From positions 44,952,001 to 45,016,000 of the forward strand of contig NC_045696.1 in NCBI RefSeq assembly GCF_009834535.1: a stretch of 64,000 bases of DNA. The letters are read 5' to 3'. Made by a program: the position numbers and the translations under genes. Shown in pieces: positions 39,701-54,493 of this stretch (its first letter is position 1; every line of letters starts with the position of its first letter). Source of the DNA: Camelus ferus (taxonomy: Eukaryota). The notes beneath the pieces are model-generated. The model had not been told where the DNA came from, searched no databases, and was given only the letters and a program-made list of their open reading frames with translations.

Positions 39701-42700
39701 AAAACAAATACTATTGTGATAATCTTAGCACAATCAAGAAAAACCTTTTTCATGTACAAAATCCCGAACACAACCCCTTTTCCTCATCCCGCACGTGTGA
39801 AGCCACACGTGCACCATACTAAAAATATCGCTGTTAATTTATCCTTCCACAACATTAGATTCGAAATGAAACCAGTGTACACAGAGGGCTTATTTTCTGA
39901 AAGAGAGCCCCTGGAATTCACAGATAAGTTTAAGGTCATTCATCTAAACATGTGCCTCTCCACCGAAAGAGCAAAAGCCACAATCTCAAAAAGTGGACTC
40001 ATTTGATGTATTTATCTGGCAACATCTTCAACAGATTATTGTATGCAGGGTTATTTTAGAACAATGTCTCCAGAAGTAACATGACACGTCAGAGATAGGT
40101 TTTATCACATAAGAAACAGCAGCATTCTTAATCTTTCAAGAGGAACAAATACAGTTGGACACAGTGTTAGTATCTAGATATAAGGAGATACATTTCAAGT
40201 TTCCAATGATATCTGCAAACACTTTAGCGTAAATATTTTCACCTCAGATAATTAAAACAAACAAATCAACAATAACAATATCCAGCCAATAAAATATTTA
40301 TTAAGGGAACAGGTCAACAATGTGGCTAGAATTTCAGAGAAGGGAAACAGTCCTATAGGAAAGAAATCTATTACCAATAAAATAAAACAAGATAAATAAA
40401 CCTAATAACTGTTAGCTTGCAGGTTTGTATTGAAAGTCAAGTATTACCTTAGCTAATCTGATTATGCTAGGTGGGAGGGGGAAGAGAAAAGGGAGTAAAT
40501 GAAAGTCACAGAAAATTCTTACACTTTATTTTAACTATGACTTTGAGGGCTTTTTTCGCAAATGGAGAATTAGAATTTAATTTACTCTTGTTTCCCTTAC
40601 AATTTATCCAGTGAAGATGCAAATAAAAAGGCCAAATGGTTCTAACGAATGATGGGAAGTGGCACCCTGACGGAGTACATGGGGTGAAGGGGAGAGGGTA
40701 AGTCACTCCACTTACACGATGTCTAGTTTCATGAATTCCCCTTGTGGTATTCCAGATGTGCCTGCAGCGCTCACCTAAGCTTTCTTATCTTTAAAATGGG
40801 AAGATGATATTTAACTTGAGGTGTTTAATGAGAACACAACTAAACAACAGTTGTTACTATGTGACACAAAAATGTATTTGCTTACATTTGGAGAGACTGA
40901 TGGGTTATATGAAGCTAATACATCAGCCTCCAAATATCTAAGTCCCCATACCCTTTATTCCCATGATAAAAAATTTTAAAACCTGCACACTAGGTATGGA
41001 GGGTGAGAATACCCTGTAACATTTACCATCTTCATTAATATGACTCTTTTTAAATCATTTCCTCTTCCTCTTCTCCCCTCTCCTTTGTCAAACCCCCTTA
41101 CTGTGAATATAGGATCTACCTATAGAAAATTATTACTTTTCTAAAAGAGTAAAAAATCCTATTTTAAACAAGAAAATGACATTTTACCTTTGGCTGAAGG
41201 CTAGCGTTGGAAAAATACATGAAAAAGACTGCCCGTACTCCTTGTCAATCACAGATGTCGTCACCTACAAGCCTCTCCTGCCCCTTGCCCACCTCCAACC
41301 CCAGCATGAATATACCCTTCTCTCCACTATCATCAGCTTAAGAACTGGAATAACCGGGCAACCCAGTGACTGAGCGCTTGCCAAGTGTCCGTCAGTAGCT
41401 GTGCTCAATAAAAGGAGAGAGGCAGGGCTCAAAGAGATGACAGATGATGATTTTGGTTTTTAAATTTTTAAAAACGGACAACTATTTTGAACGAAAATGT
41501 CAACTGTGCCAACTTACTCTGAAACTCTATGTCCAGCTGTTATTCCTGGTTTTACTCCAGAATCAAGGGTTTTGGGAATTTAGATGTTTGAAGGGTAACT
41601 ATTCTAGAAACTATCCATATTCCATTTCATAAAGCAAGGGAAGTAAGTGGAGTTGGGAGCAAAGAGGTAGTAAGTTGCTAGCATCCACAAAGCTTCCATT
41701 TACATCACATGTAGATGACCCCGGAGAAAACCTTTACAGACCTTCATACTGATAGCAGATAAAAGACCGAAGGTACCCAGATGAGTCACTAGCAAAGAGC
41801 TATGGCAAACCACCACGACTCCCCCGCTCTGCTCCGAACGCATGCTACCCTGGCTACCGCAGAGTATCACTCCTGACCCACCTTCCCACGTGTGGCATGT
41901 ATGTACACACGCGTGCACACACACCGAGTACCTGTCACAGCTCACACGTCTTTGTTTATTAACTCACCAACTACAAACCATTATTTTGAAGGAACAAAGT
42001 CCTCCCCTGCAACAATAGCTTAAGGTCAGAAGAGACAGGCACACTTTAATATCACAGTCTTCAAAAGAGGTAAAGCACCTCCTTCAGCTGACGGAAGATG
42101 GCGATGGCTGATCTGAGTCAAAATTATCATGGAAGCAAATACTGGAAAACCTTACAGGACAGCTCTGCCCAGGGTCTGCCAGGAGTTCTAATCACAGTGA
42201 TTTCTAGCTGCTGCCTCCTTGGTTCCCTGGATGCTTCAATTCCTTCCTGTACATATAAAGGACAGTGATGATACCCTTTTTGCTAGAACTCAACATGTGT
42301 GTGTCTCTTCCAGTTTTATGGAGAAAGAGTTTGCTTTGTTAACAATGAGCTGGACTTGGTGTTTTTATGTATGACAAGTTCATTTTTACCTGGCTGCCTA
42401 ACATGTCCTGTCCCAGGCAACAATTCCAATGATTGACTGATGATATACTATAATTATACAGCTTTTTTTTTTTCAAACTAGAAAGAACTAGAAGTTAAAA
42501 AAAAAAGCAGTGCTGCCACAGTCAACTAATTAATAAGAAAAAAATTGGGGCAGATGAAATAAGGGAAGGTGAAATAAATCTCTGGCAAATTGTCTGGTGT
42601 CTTCATATTAAAATTAAGTCATTACTTAGGACTTTCTTCCTGACTTCTTTTAAGTTCAAGTTTTAATGAGCTTCCGATTATTTATAACTTGGAGGTAATT

Positions 42701-42813
42701 AAAGAGCTGCAGGGAAGCACCACACCAGGCAAGGAAGCACTGCCCGACCTTCTACACTGCCTCCTGTCAGGAGACTTGCAGCCTGTTTAGCTTCTGCTTT
42801 GCATATTTCTTAC

Positions 42814-43179
42814 CTTGGCTCCTTCTGAAGGCAAATCATGGCGTCTGTGTTTCCGCAAAAGCACAGGGTCAGAGCCCATTCTGCTGTGCCTTCCGTTCAC
42901 ACTTGAACTCGCTGTGATTCCAGGCTTGGGAGAGCCGTCCCCTAGGGGTCGACATCCCACCGACTGATTTGTCCCAAACACATCCCGAGGGCACCAGGCT
43001 TCAAGAGGCATCGGCTGGTCTCTGGAAGGCACACTTTCCACATGATGGAAGTGACGGCTCAGTCTGTTGTCAGGTGGGATTGGGGGCGGTCTCTCAGGGG
43101 GAGGGGGAGGGGGGTCTCTTAAGGGAGGAGGTGGTGCTGGGAGTGGTTTATCTTGTTTTCTCACCATGCAAGGAGAAGA
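42814..43179 (-). CDS. CBLB: CBLB exon 12 (proline-rich region)
   Basis: ctttag|TCTTCT...GCCAAG|gtaaga; 366 nt; [39 protein letters not shown]...HDLPSEGAK. Confidence 0.97.
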
Positions 43180-44684
43180 CTAAAGAGACATAGGAGGGAA
43201 AAAAAAAATTAAAAGACATTCCAGGCACTGAAATGACTTCCAGATTGGTGTATCACTGCCTTTGTTTTCTAAGCCATAATAGAGCTTTATTAGATTCCTA
43301 TGCCAAGTTTTAATGAGCTTCCTTTATCACCAATTAATGAAAATTTTAAAAATTAATGAAAAACAATATATCTCATTAGGATTTCTTTGTAGAAAAAGAA
43401 CATATAAACTCAAATGTTAGGATTATAAAGACTTTAGGAAAAAGTAGATCAAAATCATACGGTGATTTTCACTGGTTGACATCAAAACGATAATGAGTCA
43501 TCATATTTCCATGTTTCTATGATTTAAGAGAGTCAGCAGAAACCATCAAAGCTGTTGTTTTACTTTTTTAAAGATCAACTTGATTTGTAATATCTCTGGA
43601 AAGTGCTCACCACTGCAAGACAGAGCAACTGACAAGGGCCAAATGTGCTCGGTTTCTGTGTTTCACCAGTTATTACCAGAGCAGTGAACAATCACAAATG
43701 ATAGAGCAACAGTATTTATAGACCTTACTTGAATTTTATGGATTCTTAAAAATTAGTCTGATTCTTATGTGAAAATATGAAGGTATGAGTTCCTGAATTG
43801 CATCTATGTGACTTTCACAGGTTCTATTTTCATTTACATAGTTCATCTGATCAATGATTTGCGCTTTTGTTGTTAGAAAATATTAAAGAAAAAAGGAACA
43901 TGTTGTCTGTTTACATAATTCTGACTAAATAACATCCTAAAAAGTCTTAACATGATCCTAAAACCAAGTTTTAACTATGATGGGGAAAAGGCCAATATAA
44001 CTAAAATACTGTGCTTCCAACAAGCTGTAGACCATAAAGCATTATTACCAAATGGGATTAATGTTTAAAACCTTATATTTACAGTCCTTATAATATCTGG
44101 AAAAAATCCGCACAGAATTAAACTATGAGTTTAGATTTACAGATAGAATTATGTCTTTAATACTAAACAGTAATGTAATTACTTTGCAAATACTGAAACT
44201 CTTTGTAATTAATTCCTTCAGGTATAAAAAGCACATACAATTCCCTCTTCTGAGTCACCTTGAAACATGGGTGACAATCCATCAAATCTTAAGCCCTTAT
44301 GCAAATATGCTCCTATAACATTTTTCTTGTCGTGACACTATGAAAATGAGTGTAAAATATTATCTAATGAGAGCATGCAATTTATTTTAATACATACAAT
44401 GACCTTTTAAATCCATTTTACAGAGTGACTATACCTGCTTTACTGTTTATTTTAGCAGACTGGGGGGCTGTTATACACATGTGCTTGCTCTGAACAATTA
44501 TGTAACTTTTACAGTAACAAAGTGAGGAATATGAGAGTAGATCTCCATAAACAAAATGAGAGACCCGTCAAAGTTGTTCATAAACAAGAGCACAAGAAAT
44601 ATGAGTGATGGAATCTTAAAAACCCGAGCAATCAATAATCATCACATAAAACTAGTCTCTGGGCTCCTGATAAAGCTGATTTAC

Positions 44685-44870
44685 CTTTGGTGAACCCGTT
44701 GGGCTGCCACAGGGAGACCGAACTATGCCTTTCTGAATGAGATCCAGGCGAGGCGGCACTGGTGGCAGGCTGAGGTGTGGGATCTGGAGAGGGTCTGGAT
44801 GTGGCTTTCTTCTCTGCGCGAGGGGAGAGGAGCCTGGTGATGTGACGGGGGAGTTCTGCCTGTCAGTGCA
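44685..44870 (-). CDS. CBLB: CBLB exon 11
   Basis: ctctag|TGCACT...CCAAAG|gtaaat; 186 nt; [62 protein letters not shown]. Confidence 0.97.
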
Positions 44871-45949
44871 CTAGAGCATAAAAGGAGAACGATGCTATTT
44901 ATTTGATGGGTAAAGTGTATACCTTTCAGTTCTTGAGACATGTGGTTGTGAGAATGAATCCACTGAACATCTGTTAAAATAAACTCACTCAGTTTACTCT
45001 GATTAATAGATGGAAAGCGCTCGCACTGTCCCTCAAGGGCAGTATTATGTAAAGAGTAAGTGGATTAGGTTCTCCTGCGTATTGCAGGAAGGGTCTAGGA
45101 AAAGAACAGCAGAAGTGTAGCTTAAAAATAATCAAATGCAGGCATTCTTCTAGAAACTTGTCTTTGTTTTATGAGGAAACCAGAAACACGCAATGCAATA
45201 ATGCACATTGTTCTTGATTATCTGTATTCTAGTTTTCCTAGGTCTCTGGTTTATGGTACATTCTAGAACTTAGAAGTCATTTCGTTCCATATAAAATATG
45301 TACCTGGTGCATAATCTGCTTTTCAGCAAACCAATTAAATCAGACAGGGTTTAAAAAAATTGGTGAATTTAACATAAACAGCTTTACACTCAAATACTTT
45401 TCCCCAAGCCTTCACATGGAAAAGAAATTCTCAAGTTAAATGTTCTTTAAAAGCAATTAAATCTGGGAACGTTTGCACTTCTAAAAACCTGATCTATTTC
45501 TATGCTGTTACAGGGAGTCCATGTTTTCTGGTAAATAAAACAGCATCAAAAAACCATTAACAAGTACCTTGATCTCTATGTAGGTAATCCTTTCTACTTT
45601 TTGAAGTTTTTTGGGTTTTTTGTTTGTTTTTTTTTAGTGTGACAAAACCTGATTCCTAATTGATATAAAAGCTATCCTAATTATAGTCAGATAGTCTCAC
45701 TAGGACAGACAATATTCTGTTCTGAAATATCAGGCAGTTTCCTTTTCAAGGCTAAGTTCCCAGCTCTTTGGAGAATTTTTATACCTACACTAATCTAGCA
45801 TGTTTTGATATTCATCTGTTTCCTAATTGCTAGTATTTATAAAGAGTTTTAAACTTATTTTTAAGTCATTTTCCCCCTAACAATACTCACTTTTACAAGA
45901 GTAGTCAGTGTCAACTGACAGTTTAATTTCTACCTTAGCAACAGTGAGA

Positions 45950-46325
45950 AAGATTCAGCCATTCTGTCCTTCACTGAAAGTTTGTCTTCATGTCCACTTA
46001 GTTACATCATGTGTGGTTTTTTCCTGATTTCCTAAAATTGGAGTTTGATGGTTTTCTGGTAATTAGAATGGAGTTACAGGTTTTTGAAAGTAAGACCATG
46101 TTGGTAAAACAACACTGGATCCACATCACATCAAGGGTCCACGCTATCAATGATGCATCACTGGTGATCCTGACCTTGACTAACTGGCTGACATACTGAC
46201 TGTGAAGGTTTCTACCTTGTGAAGGGACTTACTTTTCCTCCCCCTTCCCTTAATGGACTCCTTGTAAGGAAGTTATTATGTGCAGCCCACACTAAAAGAG
46301 TGGGGAGTTACGCTCCCCCCTTGTA
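45950..46325 (-). mobile_element. Old L1 (L1MC/ME-like) 3' fragment
   Basis: catcacatcaagggt...tcactggtgat..gaccttgac...gcagcccacact...ggggagtta. Confidence 0.55.
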
Positions 46326-48124
46326 AAGGCTTTTTAAAAATAAATCTGAGTGGCTAAGCAGAAGTTTCCAGATCATACCTCATGTATACCTGAATATTGT
46401 CATGACTTTGCTGAACTGTCAATTCTTTGTCTGTCTCAATAGGTGCCAAATAACTTAAAGTAGTTCAGTAAATTTAGATACACTTTTACACGTAAATTTT
46501 AAGAAACTTTTCATTAATTTCCCGATTCTTTTTTATATCTCTTACCTTGTGATAAGGCAAAAAAAAATTCAATTGTTACTCAGAAGAAGGAGAAAAAGCA
46601 GAAACTATAGGCAGAAGCTGATTTTAATGCAGCCAGTCATTCTTGATAAAATGACAGTTTTACCCCAAAAGTCATGGAGCCTCACATGGTCATGAATTTG
46701 AACCTTATGGAGTAAAACCGACACCCAAATGATCACAGACAGAACAGAAAAAAAAAAAAAATCCTGGTGTCAAACTACATGCATCACACTATTACAGCAA
46801 TTCAGTGAGGGGACGTCACAGGACATCTAACTCTCCATAATTCCCATTAGGGATAATTACATTCTCTGAGAACAAGCGAAACTGTTACCTGATGAAAAAA
46901 TGCTTTGATGACCTGGTTATTATCCTTTACAAAAAAAGATATAAGAAGCAAAGCTATCCACACAATTCCTACCCTAAATAATTTTTACATATAGGTACAG
47001 AGAATACACAGCAGTTCATGCTTTCAGTTACTTGTGGAGAAGTTTTTCAGTGCTAGGTGCATACAATGCAAAGACTGCTGAACTGAGACTTGTGCTCCTC
47101 CAAGCACTTCTCACCCACAGCTGTCTCTCTGCTTCCCTAATTACCTGGAACTAGGAAAGAGAATTCTGACAGAGCCAACAGACCACCGCTGCCCTGAGAA
47201 TTTGACCTCTGCTTTAATTATTAACAGTCAAGCAGTTACCAAATTCCGAGTATATTTAAGTAATGAGATGGACTTGATTTGAAATGGGTGAGCTTGTTAA
47301 GATACTGAAAGGGTATACTGAAAATCCTCAGGACAGACATCCAAACCACTGTGCGTGGTGCAGCAATAACCTTGAACTTCAAGACCAGCACACTCTGAAG
47401 TTCTGTGAAGGTCATCTGAAGCAGACCTTGCTTAGAACAATTCACACTATACTCTCAAGATGATTTTATAGTGTCCTCCTGAAAATCTAACTCATTCTGA
47501 AGCATCACAGTATCTGTAAACTGGCTTAGAAGAATTTTATGGAGGACATATTAGTATGTGAAGAAACAAAAAGTGTTTTATCTTTATTGACTATGTGGTC
47601 TAACTGTTTCATTTTCCAGAGCTCTCCTAAATTATAGTAAAATTCTCATGTAAAAGTAGATAATTTAATAGTGCCCTTTAGATAATAATGCATTATTCTT
47701 TGCTGAAGCATTTTTGCCATCTCTATGAACAATTCTGCAACAATGGTATTGAAATTCTGCATTAACTTTTTAATTTTTTAAATTGAAGTAGTCAGTTTAC
47801 AATGTTGTGTCAATTTCCAGTGTACAGCACAATACTTCAGTCACATAGGAACATACATACATCTGTTCTCATATTCTTCTTCACCAGAGGTTACAAGATA
47901 TTGAATATGGTTTCCTGTGCTATACAGTATGAACTTGCTGTTTATCTATTTCATATAAAGTAGTTAGTATCTGCAATCTCAAACTCCCAATTTATCCCTT
48001 CCCACACCACTTCTCTGGTAACCACTTCTCTGTTTTCTATGTCTGTGAGTCTGATCTGTTCTGTAAGTAAGTTCACTACTTGTCTTTTTTTTTTTTTTTA
48101 ATTCCACATATAATGTGGCATTTT

Positions 48125-48270
48125 AAAAAATATTTATTTTAATTTAATTTATTTTTTGAAGGGAGTAATTACGTTTGTTTACTTGTTTTTCTAATGGAGG
48201 TACTGGGGATTGAACCCAGGACCTGATGCATGCTAAGCATGCACTCTACGGCTGAGCTATACCCTCCCCT
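48125..48270 (-). mobile_element. tRNA-derived camelid SINE nested in L1
   Basis: Reverse complement ggggagggtatagctcagccgtagagtgcatgcttagcatgc...ggttcaatccccagtacctcc matches the SINE at 16558. Confidence 0.92.
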
Positions 48271-48391
48271 TCTCAAACTGCATTTTTCTTTCTCTTTCTG
48301 GCTTACTTCACTTAGAATGGCAATGTCCAGGTTCAACCATGTTGCTACAAATGGCATTATTTTATTATTTTTTATGGCTGAGTAATATTCA

Positions 48392-48393
48392 GT

Positions 48394-48441
<48 letters not shown>
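48392..48441. repeat. (TG)n microsatellite
   Basis: Directly visible. Confidence 0.95.
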
Positions 48442-48444
<3 letters not shown>

Positions 48445-50341
48445 CTTTATCTAATCATCTGTTGATGGACATTTAGGTTGTTTCTATATCTTGGCTATTG
48501 TATATAGTGCTGCTATGAACACTGGGGTGCAAGAACCGTTTTGAACTAAAGTTTTCTCTGGATATATCCCAGGAGTGGGATTGCTGTACAATATGGTAAG
48601 TTTATTTTTAGTGCATTAACTTTTAATGCTGGTGAAATTTAAATGCTAAGCATGAACGTGTGTAAACATTTTTAGTAGATGGTCACATGAAAGGTTACTT
48701 TTAATTTATGTAAGTAATTACCAATTATACTTTCCTTCCCTTCCTATTTGAAAGTCTAAGGAGGAAAGAAGCCTAACACAAGGCCTCACGCACGTTATGC
48801 TCTTTGTCTCACCATCCATCACATTCCTCTGTTTACCCCTCAACTGATCCGAATGAGCTCTTTATATGATCACATAGTTACCCTCTTTCTGTTTCAGCTG
48901 TGGTAAATATTTTTTTCCCAGTTTGTTTTCTTTTCTTTTTTTTTTTTTCATGGCAGAGATTTTTACCTCTGCTTTTCTGGTTCTACTCTCCTAATGAATA
49001 AATAAAATCTAATTAGCACAATAAAAAGTATATTAATCAAGGCATTCTTAAAATGATCACACCTTTGTTGCCACTGCCTTAAATGAAATCCTTTCTTTGT
49101 CACTCCTTCATCTCTATCTGTCCACTCTTATCAGGTGAGAATAAGAAAAAGGAAAGCTAAGAAAAAATTAACTAGTGAAGTACAGGGAGGAGGATGTGGA
49201 CACAGTACTAACTGTGCAGAACTTATTGCAAAACATAAAGAAAATCATTTATGGAATCATCCTTTCAAGTTACAGGATAGATGATCTAACTAATTCCATT
49301 CCTTCATCTTGATTTTAGGTAATTCTCACTTTTTTTCCCTAGTACTATACTTGCTTTCAGAACCTTCAGAATAAATGATCTTTGTTCATTTCAGCTCCTT
49401 TCAAAATACACAAGCTGGGTGCCGTGATTCCCGCCTGCATTATCATCACACCCGCCTATCTAACTAACAATTTCTCTTGAGTTCTTTAATCCTGGTAGTT
49501 GATGAGCACATCTAACCGACTGGAATCCGGGGCTCTAGAAATTTAAAGACCACAGTCAATTCTTTTATGTCTACATTCTCATCAATTTTTCCCAACCCTT
49601 TGCTTCTTGAAATGAATAAATGCCATCCTTTCCCTCTCTGACAAAATTTACAGAATTCTTCAGCACCTAGAACAGGATGCTAATGACTATCACAAGGAAT
49701 AGAGAAATCCGGAGTGCAATTTAAACAGAAAATCCTTAGAGAAAAGGACCAAGTAGTCAAAAGTCCATCTCAGCATGCTTAGCAATTACCAATAATATTC
49801 GGGGACTCATTCTATTTTAGTCACTCTTCACTTTATCCACACCTTTTAAAGAGTGATTTCATAAAAGCTTTAATAAGATCCATTATTATGGAAATGGCAA
49901 AACATTTGGTGAGAAACTTCAAACCTAGCTAGGCTGTTATTAAAAACAGGACAAGAGAAAACCTCTCCAATTACTAATATGATGAGAGTTCTGACAATCC
50001 CAGAGATAATCAGAGTCATTTTTATAATATTTCTAAGAAGATTTTCACTTAATGAATTTTCCTATCTGAACAAGGTAGATACACGTATTATTAAGGATGA
50101 TTAAAAGGACAACATTTTTCTCTACATGCATGAAAATTAATGAAGGACACTGATAAAGCTTTTATCACATAAAATATTCTAATAAAATAGAAAAAAAATT
50201 AAATATTTAAATATTTTCTTTACTACTAACTGTTCTCTTGGTCCTTTCTCATATTAATTTGTGAACATAACAGAATGAAAAGACTTTGAAATAGTAGCCT
50301 ACACAGAATATTATTCTGAAGGTATACATTATAGAAACATT

Positions 50342-50362
50342 CACACACACACACACACACAC
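50342..50362. repeat. (CA)n microsatellite
   Basis: Directly visible. Confidence 0.9.
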
Positions 50363-50574
50363 CCCTCCATATGTAATTTATAGTATAGGTAACGACTTAC
50401 GTTGTCTGTTTTGCAGTACTGTACCACTATTCCCCTTTTTGACAATAAAAAGAAACTTCTATTAGGAATGTGCGTAAGAGTAATACAATCATTTGGCACT
50501 TATCCACAGCCACATTTCCAGAAATCTCAACCTGTAGGAATTTAGGAAGAAACTCAGAGTTGAAAAAGAAAAGT

Positions 50575-52335
50575 CCTCCCAACCTGATCTGCAGATGGAA
50601 AGCAATCCCAGTTAGACCCTCAGCAAGTTACTTTTCAGGTATGGTCAGACTGATTCTGAAGTTTCGATGGAGACAGAAGACCCAGAACAGCCAATATGAC
50701 AGTCAAGGAGAAGAACAAAGTTAGAGGGCTGATACAATGTGACTTCAAGACCTACTATAAAGCTATACTAATCAAGATCAGTGTGGTATTGGCAAAACGA
50801 GAGACGAACACCACACAAATGGAACATAGCAGAGAACCCAGAAATAGATCCTCCAAAATACAGTCAACTGATTTTGACAAAGGAGTAAAAGTAATACAAT
50901 GGAGCTATGTCAGTCTTTTCAACAAATGGTGAATAACTGGACATTCATATGCAAAAAAAAAAAAAAATCTGGACATAGACCTTACATCCTTCACGAAAGT
51001 GACTCAAAATGGACCAAAACGTAATGTAAATTGCCAAATTATAAAACTCCTAGACGATAACATAGGATAAATCTGGACGACCCTGTACCTGGTGATCACT
51101 TTTTAGTTATAATGCTAAAGTCACCATCCATGAAAGAAATAACAGATAAGACATCATGACAATTAAAAATTTCTGTTCTGTGAAAGCAGCTATCAAGAGA
51201 ATAAAAAGATAAGGCACAAACTAGAAGAAACCCTTTGGAAAATACACATCTAACAAAGAACTGTTATCTAAAATATACAAAGAATTCATAAAACTCAACA
51301 GTAAGAAAACAATCAGATTCTTAAAATGAGCCAAAGACCTTAACAGATGCCTCACCAAGGATATACAGATGGCAAATCAGTATATGAGAAGATGGTGCAC
51401 ATCATACGTCATCAGGGAAATGTAAATTAAAACCACAATAAGATACAACCGTACACCTTTCTGAACGGTCAAAATCCAGAGTACTGACAACACCAAAGCT
51501 GATGAGGACGTGGAACAACAGAACTCTTTTTCACTGCTGGTGGGGATACAAAATGGTACAGCCACTTCGGAAGACAGTTTAGTGGTTTTTACAAAAGTAA
51601 ACATACTCTTAACATACAATACAGCAATCAAACACCTTGATATTCACCCAAAGGAGCTGAAAACTTACGTCCACACAAAAGCCTGCACACAGATGTCTGT
51701 AACTGTTTTATTCATAACTGCCAAAACCTGGAAGCAATCAAGATGCCCTTTAGCAGCTGAATGGATAACAAACTGTGGTATATCCAGACCATGGAATATT
51801 ATTCAGCACTAAAAAGAAAAGAGCCATGTTGAGCCGTGAAAGGATATGGAGGAATTTTAAATGCATGTTACTAAGTGAAAGAAGCCAATCTGAGAAGGCT
51901 ACGTATCGCCTGATTCCAACCATATGACATTCTGCAAAAGGCCAATGTATGGAAACAGTAGAAAGACCAGTGGTTGCTGGGGGCTTTGGTCGGGGGATGA
52001 ACAGGAAGAACACAGAGGATGTTTAGGGCAGTGAAAATACTCTGCATGATCCTATACTTGTCACTATACATTTGTACAAACCTGTAAAACATACACCAGA
52101 AGTGAACCCTACTGTAAACTATGGACTTTAGATGAGAATGACGTGTCCATGGAGGTTCTTCAGTTATGACAAATGTAGTCACTCCAGTGGGGGATGTTGC
52201 AAGTGGGGGAGGCTACGCCTGAGCGGGGCAGAAGGTATGTGAGAAATCTCTGTCCATTCCCCTCAATTTTTCTGTGAACCTAAAACTGCTCTAAAAGTCT
52301 GAAAATACAAAATAAAAAAACAAACAAACAAACAA
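50575..52335 (+). mobile_element. Old L1 (L1MC1-like), ORF2 3' part plus 3' UTR
   Basis: Decayed ORF2 peptides (DFKTYYKA; FITAKTWKQSRCP); 3' end ctgtgaacctaaaactgctctaaaa followed by an A-rich tail. Confidence 0.92.
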
Positions 52336-53639
52336 AAAACCAAAAAAAGAGAAAAGTCTACCTAAACGGAAAGAATTCTGATGCATTTCTCCCTGTAAGA
52401 ACAGAGCCTAAGTAAGTATCTTGCTAGCTTACTGAGAATATGGACATTTAATTTGTGTGTAAAATGAGGTTCAATATTTTAAATTATTATTGTTTACAGT
52501 CCACTAATAACTTACGTAAATTTTTAGATACTCCAAATTAGAAGCAATGGAGAAAAGGAAAATAGAAACTTACATGCGGAGAAATGCTGACTTCTCTGAG
52601 GTTTGACAGGGAGGCAGCGGATAAAATTCCCAATCAGGTCTACTTTAAAGAAGTGCAAACAGCTTCACACGTGGAATCACCCCAAGGGCCCTCGCCATTC
52701 AAATGCTAAACAGCATTAACTACGCAGAGCAGCACGGCTTCTCCTTCAAGTACCTTTTATAAGAAGAACGTAATATCCTAGCCTGTGACCAGCCTCCTTA
52801 GCCCTGGAATTTCTTTGAAGTTTCACGTTTTACTCTAAACATTTGTATGAATTTCACATTCTGATCCAAATATATATATGTGACTTTAATTCAAATTTAT
52901 GGTTCTCCTCTGTTGGTATACACTCCCCTTAAATCTTGCAGCAAAACATAAGCCTTGAGAAGTTTGTCATGTTGACTGTGGTGGCTTCTTATGCCCTTTG
53001 GTTCACTCAGCTGCACAGCCAATTTTGAGAAGTCAGGGAAGGGTGACATATAACTTAGAAATATTTCCATAAAAATGGCTGAAAAACAAGAACATTCTGG
53101 GAATTAAGGGAATTAACTCTAGTCACTGAAAAATGCCCTCATGTGAAACCCCGATTGCTCGCAAAATACCAATTAAGCTTCTTTGAAAATTAAGCTACTA
53201 TTTAGTGACTGAAGTCCTTCACCCTACTTCAGAGAATACGTAATCATTTCAAATTACTTATGTAGAAAATAAAACTATTGTAAGCTTTATCTAAATTATT
53301 TCGTCCTTAAAATAGTATGTCAGTTGACAATGCTGGCAACTCTGTTTTCTCTGAGTTTTAAACCTAAACGATAGTCTTCTAGTAAATATTTTAATATGGC
53401 CATGCAATGAAACCATAACTATGTAGACATGAATGTACTTAAAAAATACAAGCCACCTCTTGCCACGTCAATCCAGTTGTGATGTCTATTTCTTCCTAAA
53501 GAATGACAGGTGACAGTATCTAAAAGGAAAAAGCTCCCATAGACATCTTAAAAATACTGATATTTTATTCTCAGAAATATAGCAATATTTCAGGAGTTTT
53601 AAATAACACTATATAAAAAATTATGTTACTAACAGCTAA

Positions 53640-53845
53640 TACTTAACATTTACTATGTACACAGCAGTGTTCAACAGCGTTACATTTATTAACTCATTTA
53701 ACCTCAACCCTAAGAGGCAAGGTTTCACAGACAAGGTCACCGAGGCACAGGTAGCGAAATCACCAATGCAAGGCACACAGACACTAAGTAGCAAAACTAA
53801 AACATGGACCCAAGTTGCTGGACTCCAAGGACCACAGCTCTCTTA
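53640..53845 (-). mobile_element. MIR remnant
   Basis: aactcatttaacctca...acagacaaggtcaccgaggcacagg...caaggcacacag...actcca. Confidence 0.6.
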
Positions 53846-54299
53846 AGAACAGTACAATAATCATCCAGTGGGGGAAAAAACCCCAAAACCACTTTCTCAA
53901 TGTCATATACTGTGTGTCAGGCACTATGCAAGCCTCTGAGAATGAAAGAGGGGCAGAGCACGGCCTCTGCCCGCCGAGAGCTCAGTCCACCTCTGGAGGC
54001 CAACCCCAAACTAAGCACCAGAGTTCAAGCGCTTGCTTCTCCTAAACTACTACATCTTCAAGCCATTTCTGAGGAATATGTACCATGTCTTCAAGGTCCC
54101 CTACAGCATCATATTGTATTTAGACAAGGCAGTTTTTTTCTTTGTTAATCAGAGAAAGTGCTACTATCTTGCATGGAGAGCTTTAAGAAGACCAGGAAAT
54201 AGAATGCAATTAAACAGCAAACAATGAACCCGTGACTTTGGGATTGCTTACTGTCATCCCTGACTCTGCCTGTGTGGTACAGCGGGAGGGGAGGGGAGG

Positions 54300-54493
54300 C
54301 CATGGGCATGTGGTCAGAGTAATTCTTCTTAGGAGGGACTGTCCCATGGGTTGCAGGGTGTTTCACATCTCTAACCTCCTCCACTAAATGTCAGTGGTTC
54401 CCCTCACCTCTCAGTCATTGTGAAAACCTAAAGTGTCCGCACATATTTCTGAATACCTTCAGGAGGCAGAACTGCTTGCAGCTGAGAACCATG
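54300..54493. mobile_element. MER20-like hAT element
   Basis: taattctt..gggactgtcccatggg..gcagggtgttt...ctgagaacca. Confidence 0.75.

Larger units (their letters stand above)
47771..48611 (-). mobile_element. 5'-truncated camelid L1 with nested SINE and (TG)n
   Basis: Homologous to 4917-5688; perfect 13-bp TSD tgcattaactttt at 47758-47770 / 48612-48624. Confidence 0.92.

Noticed and set aside
43076..43135. Dense G tracts (G-quadruplex-like) on the + strand
   Set aside because: Fully explained by polyproline CCN codons of exon 12 on the minus strand.
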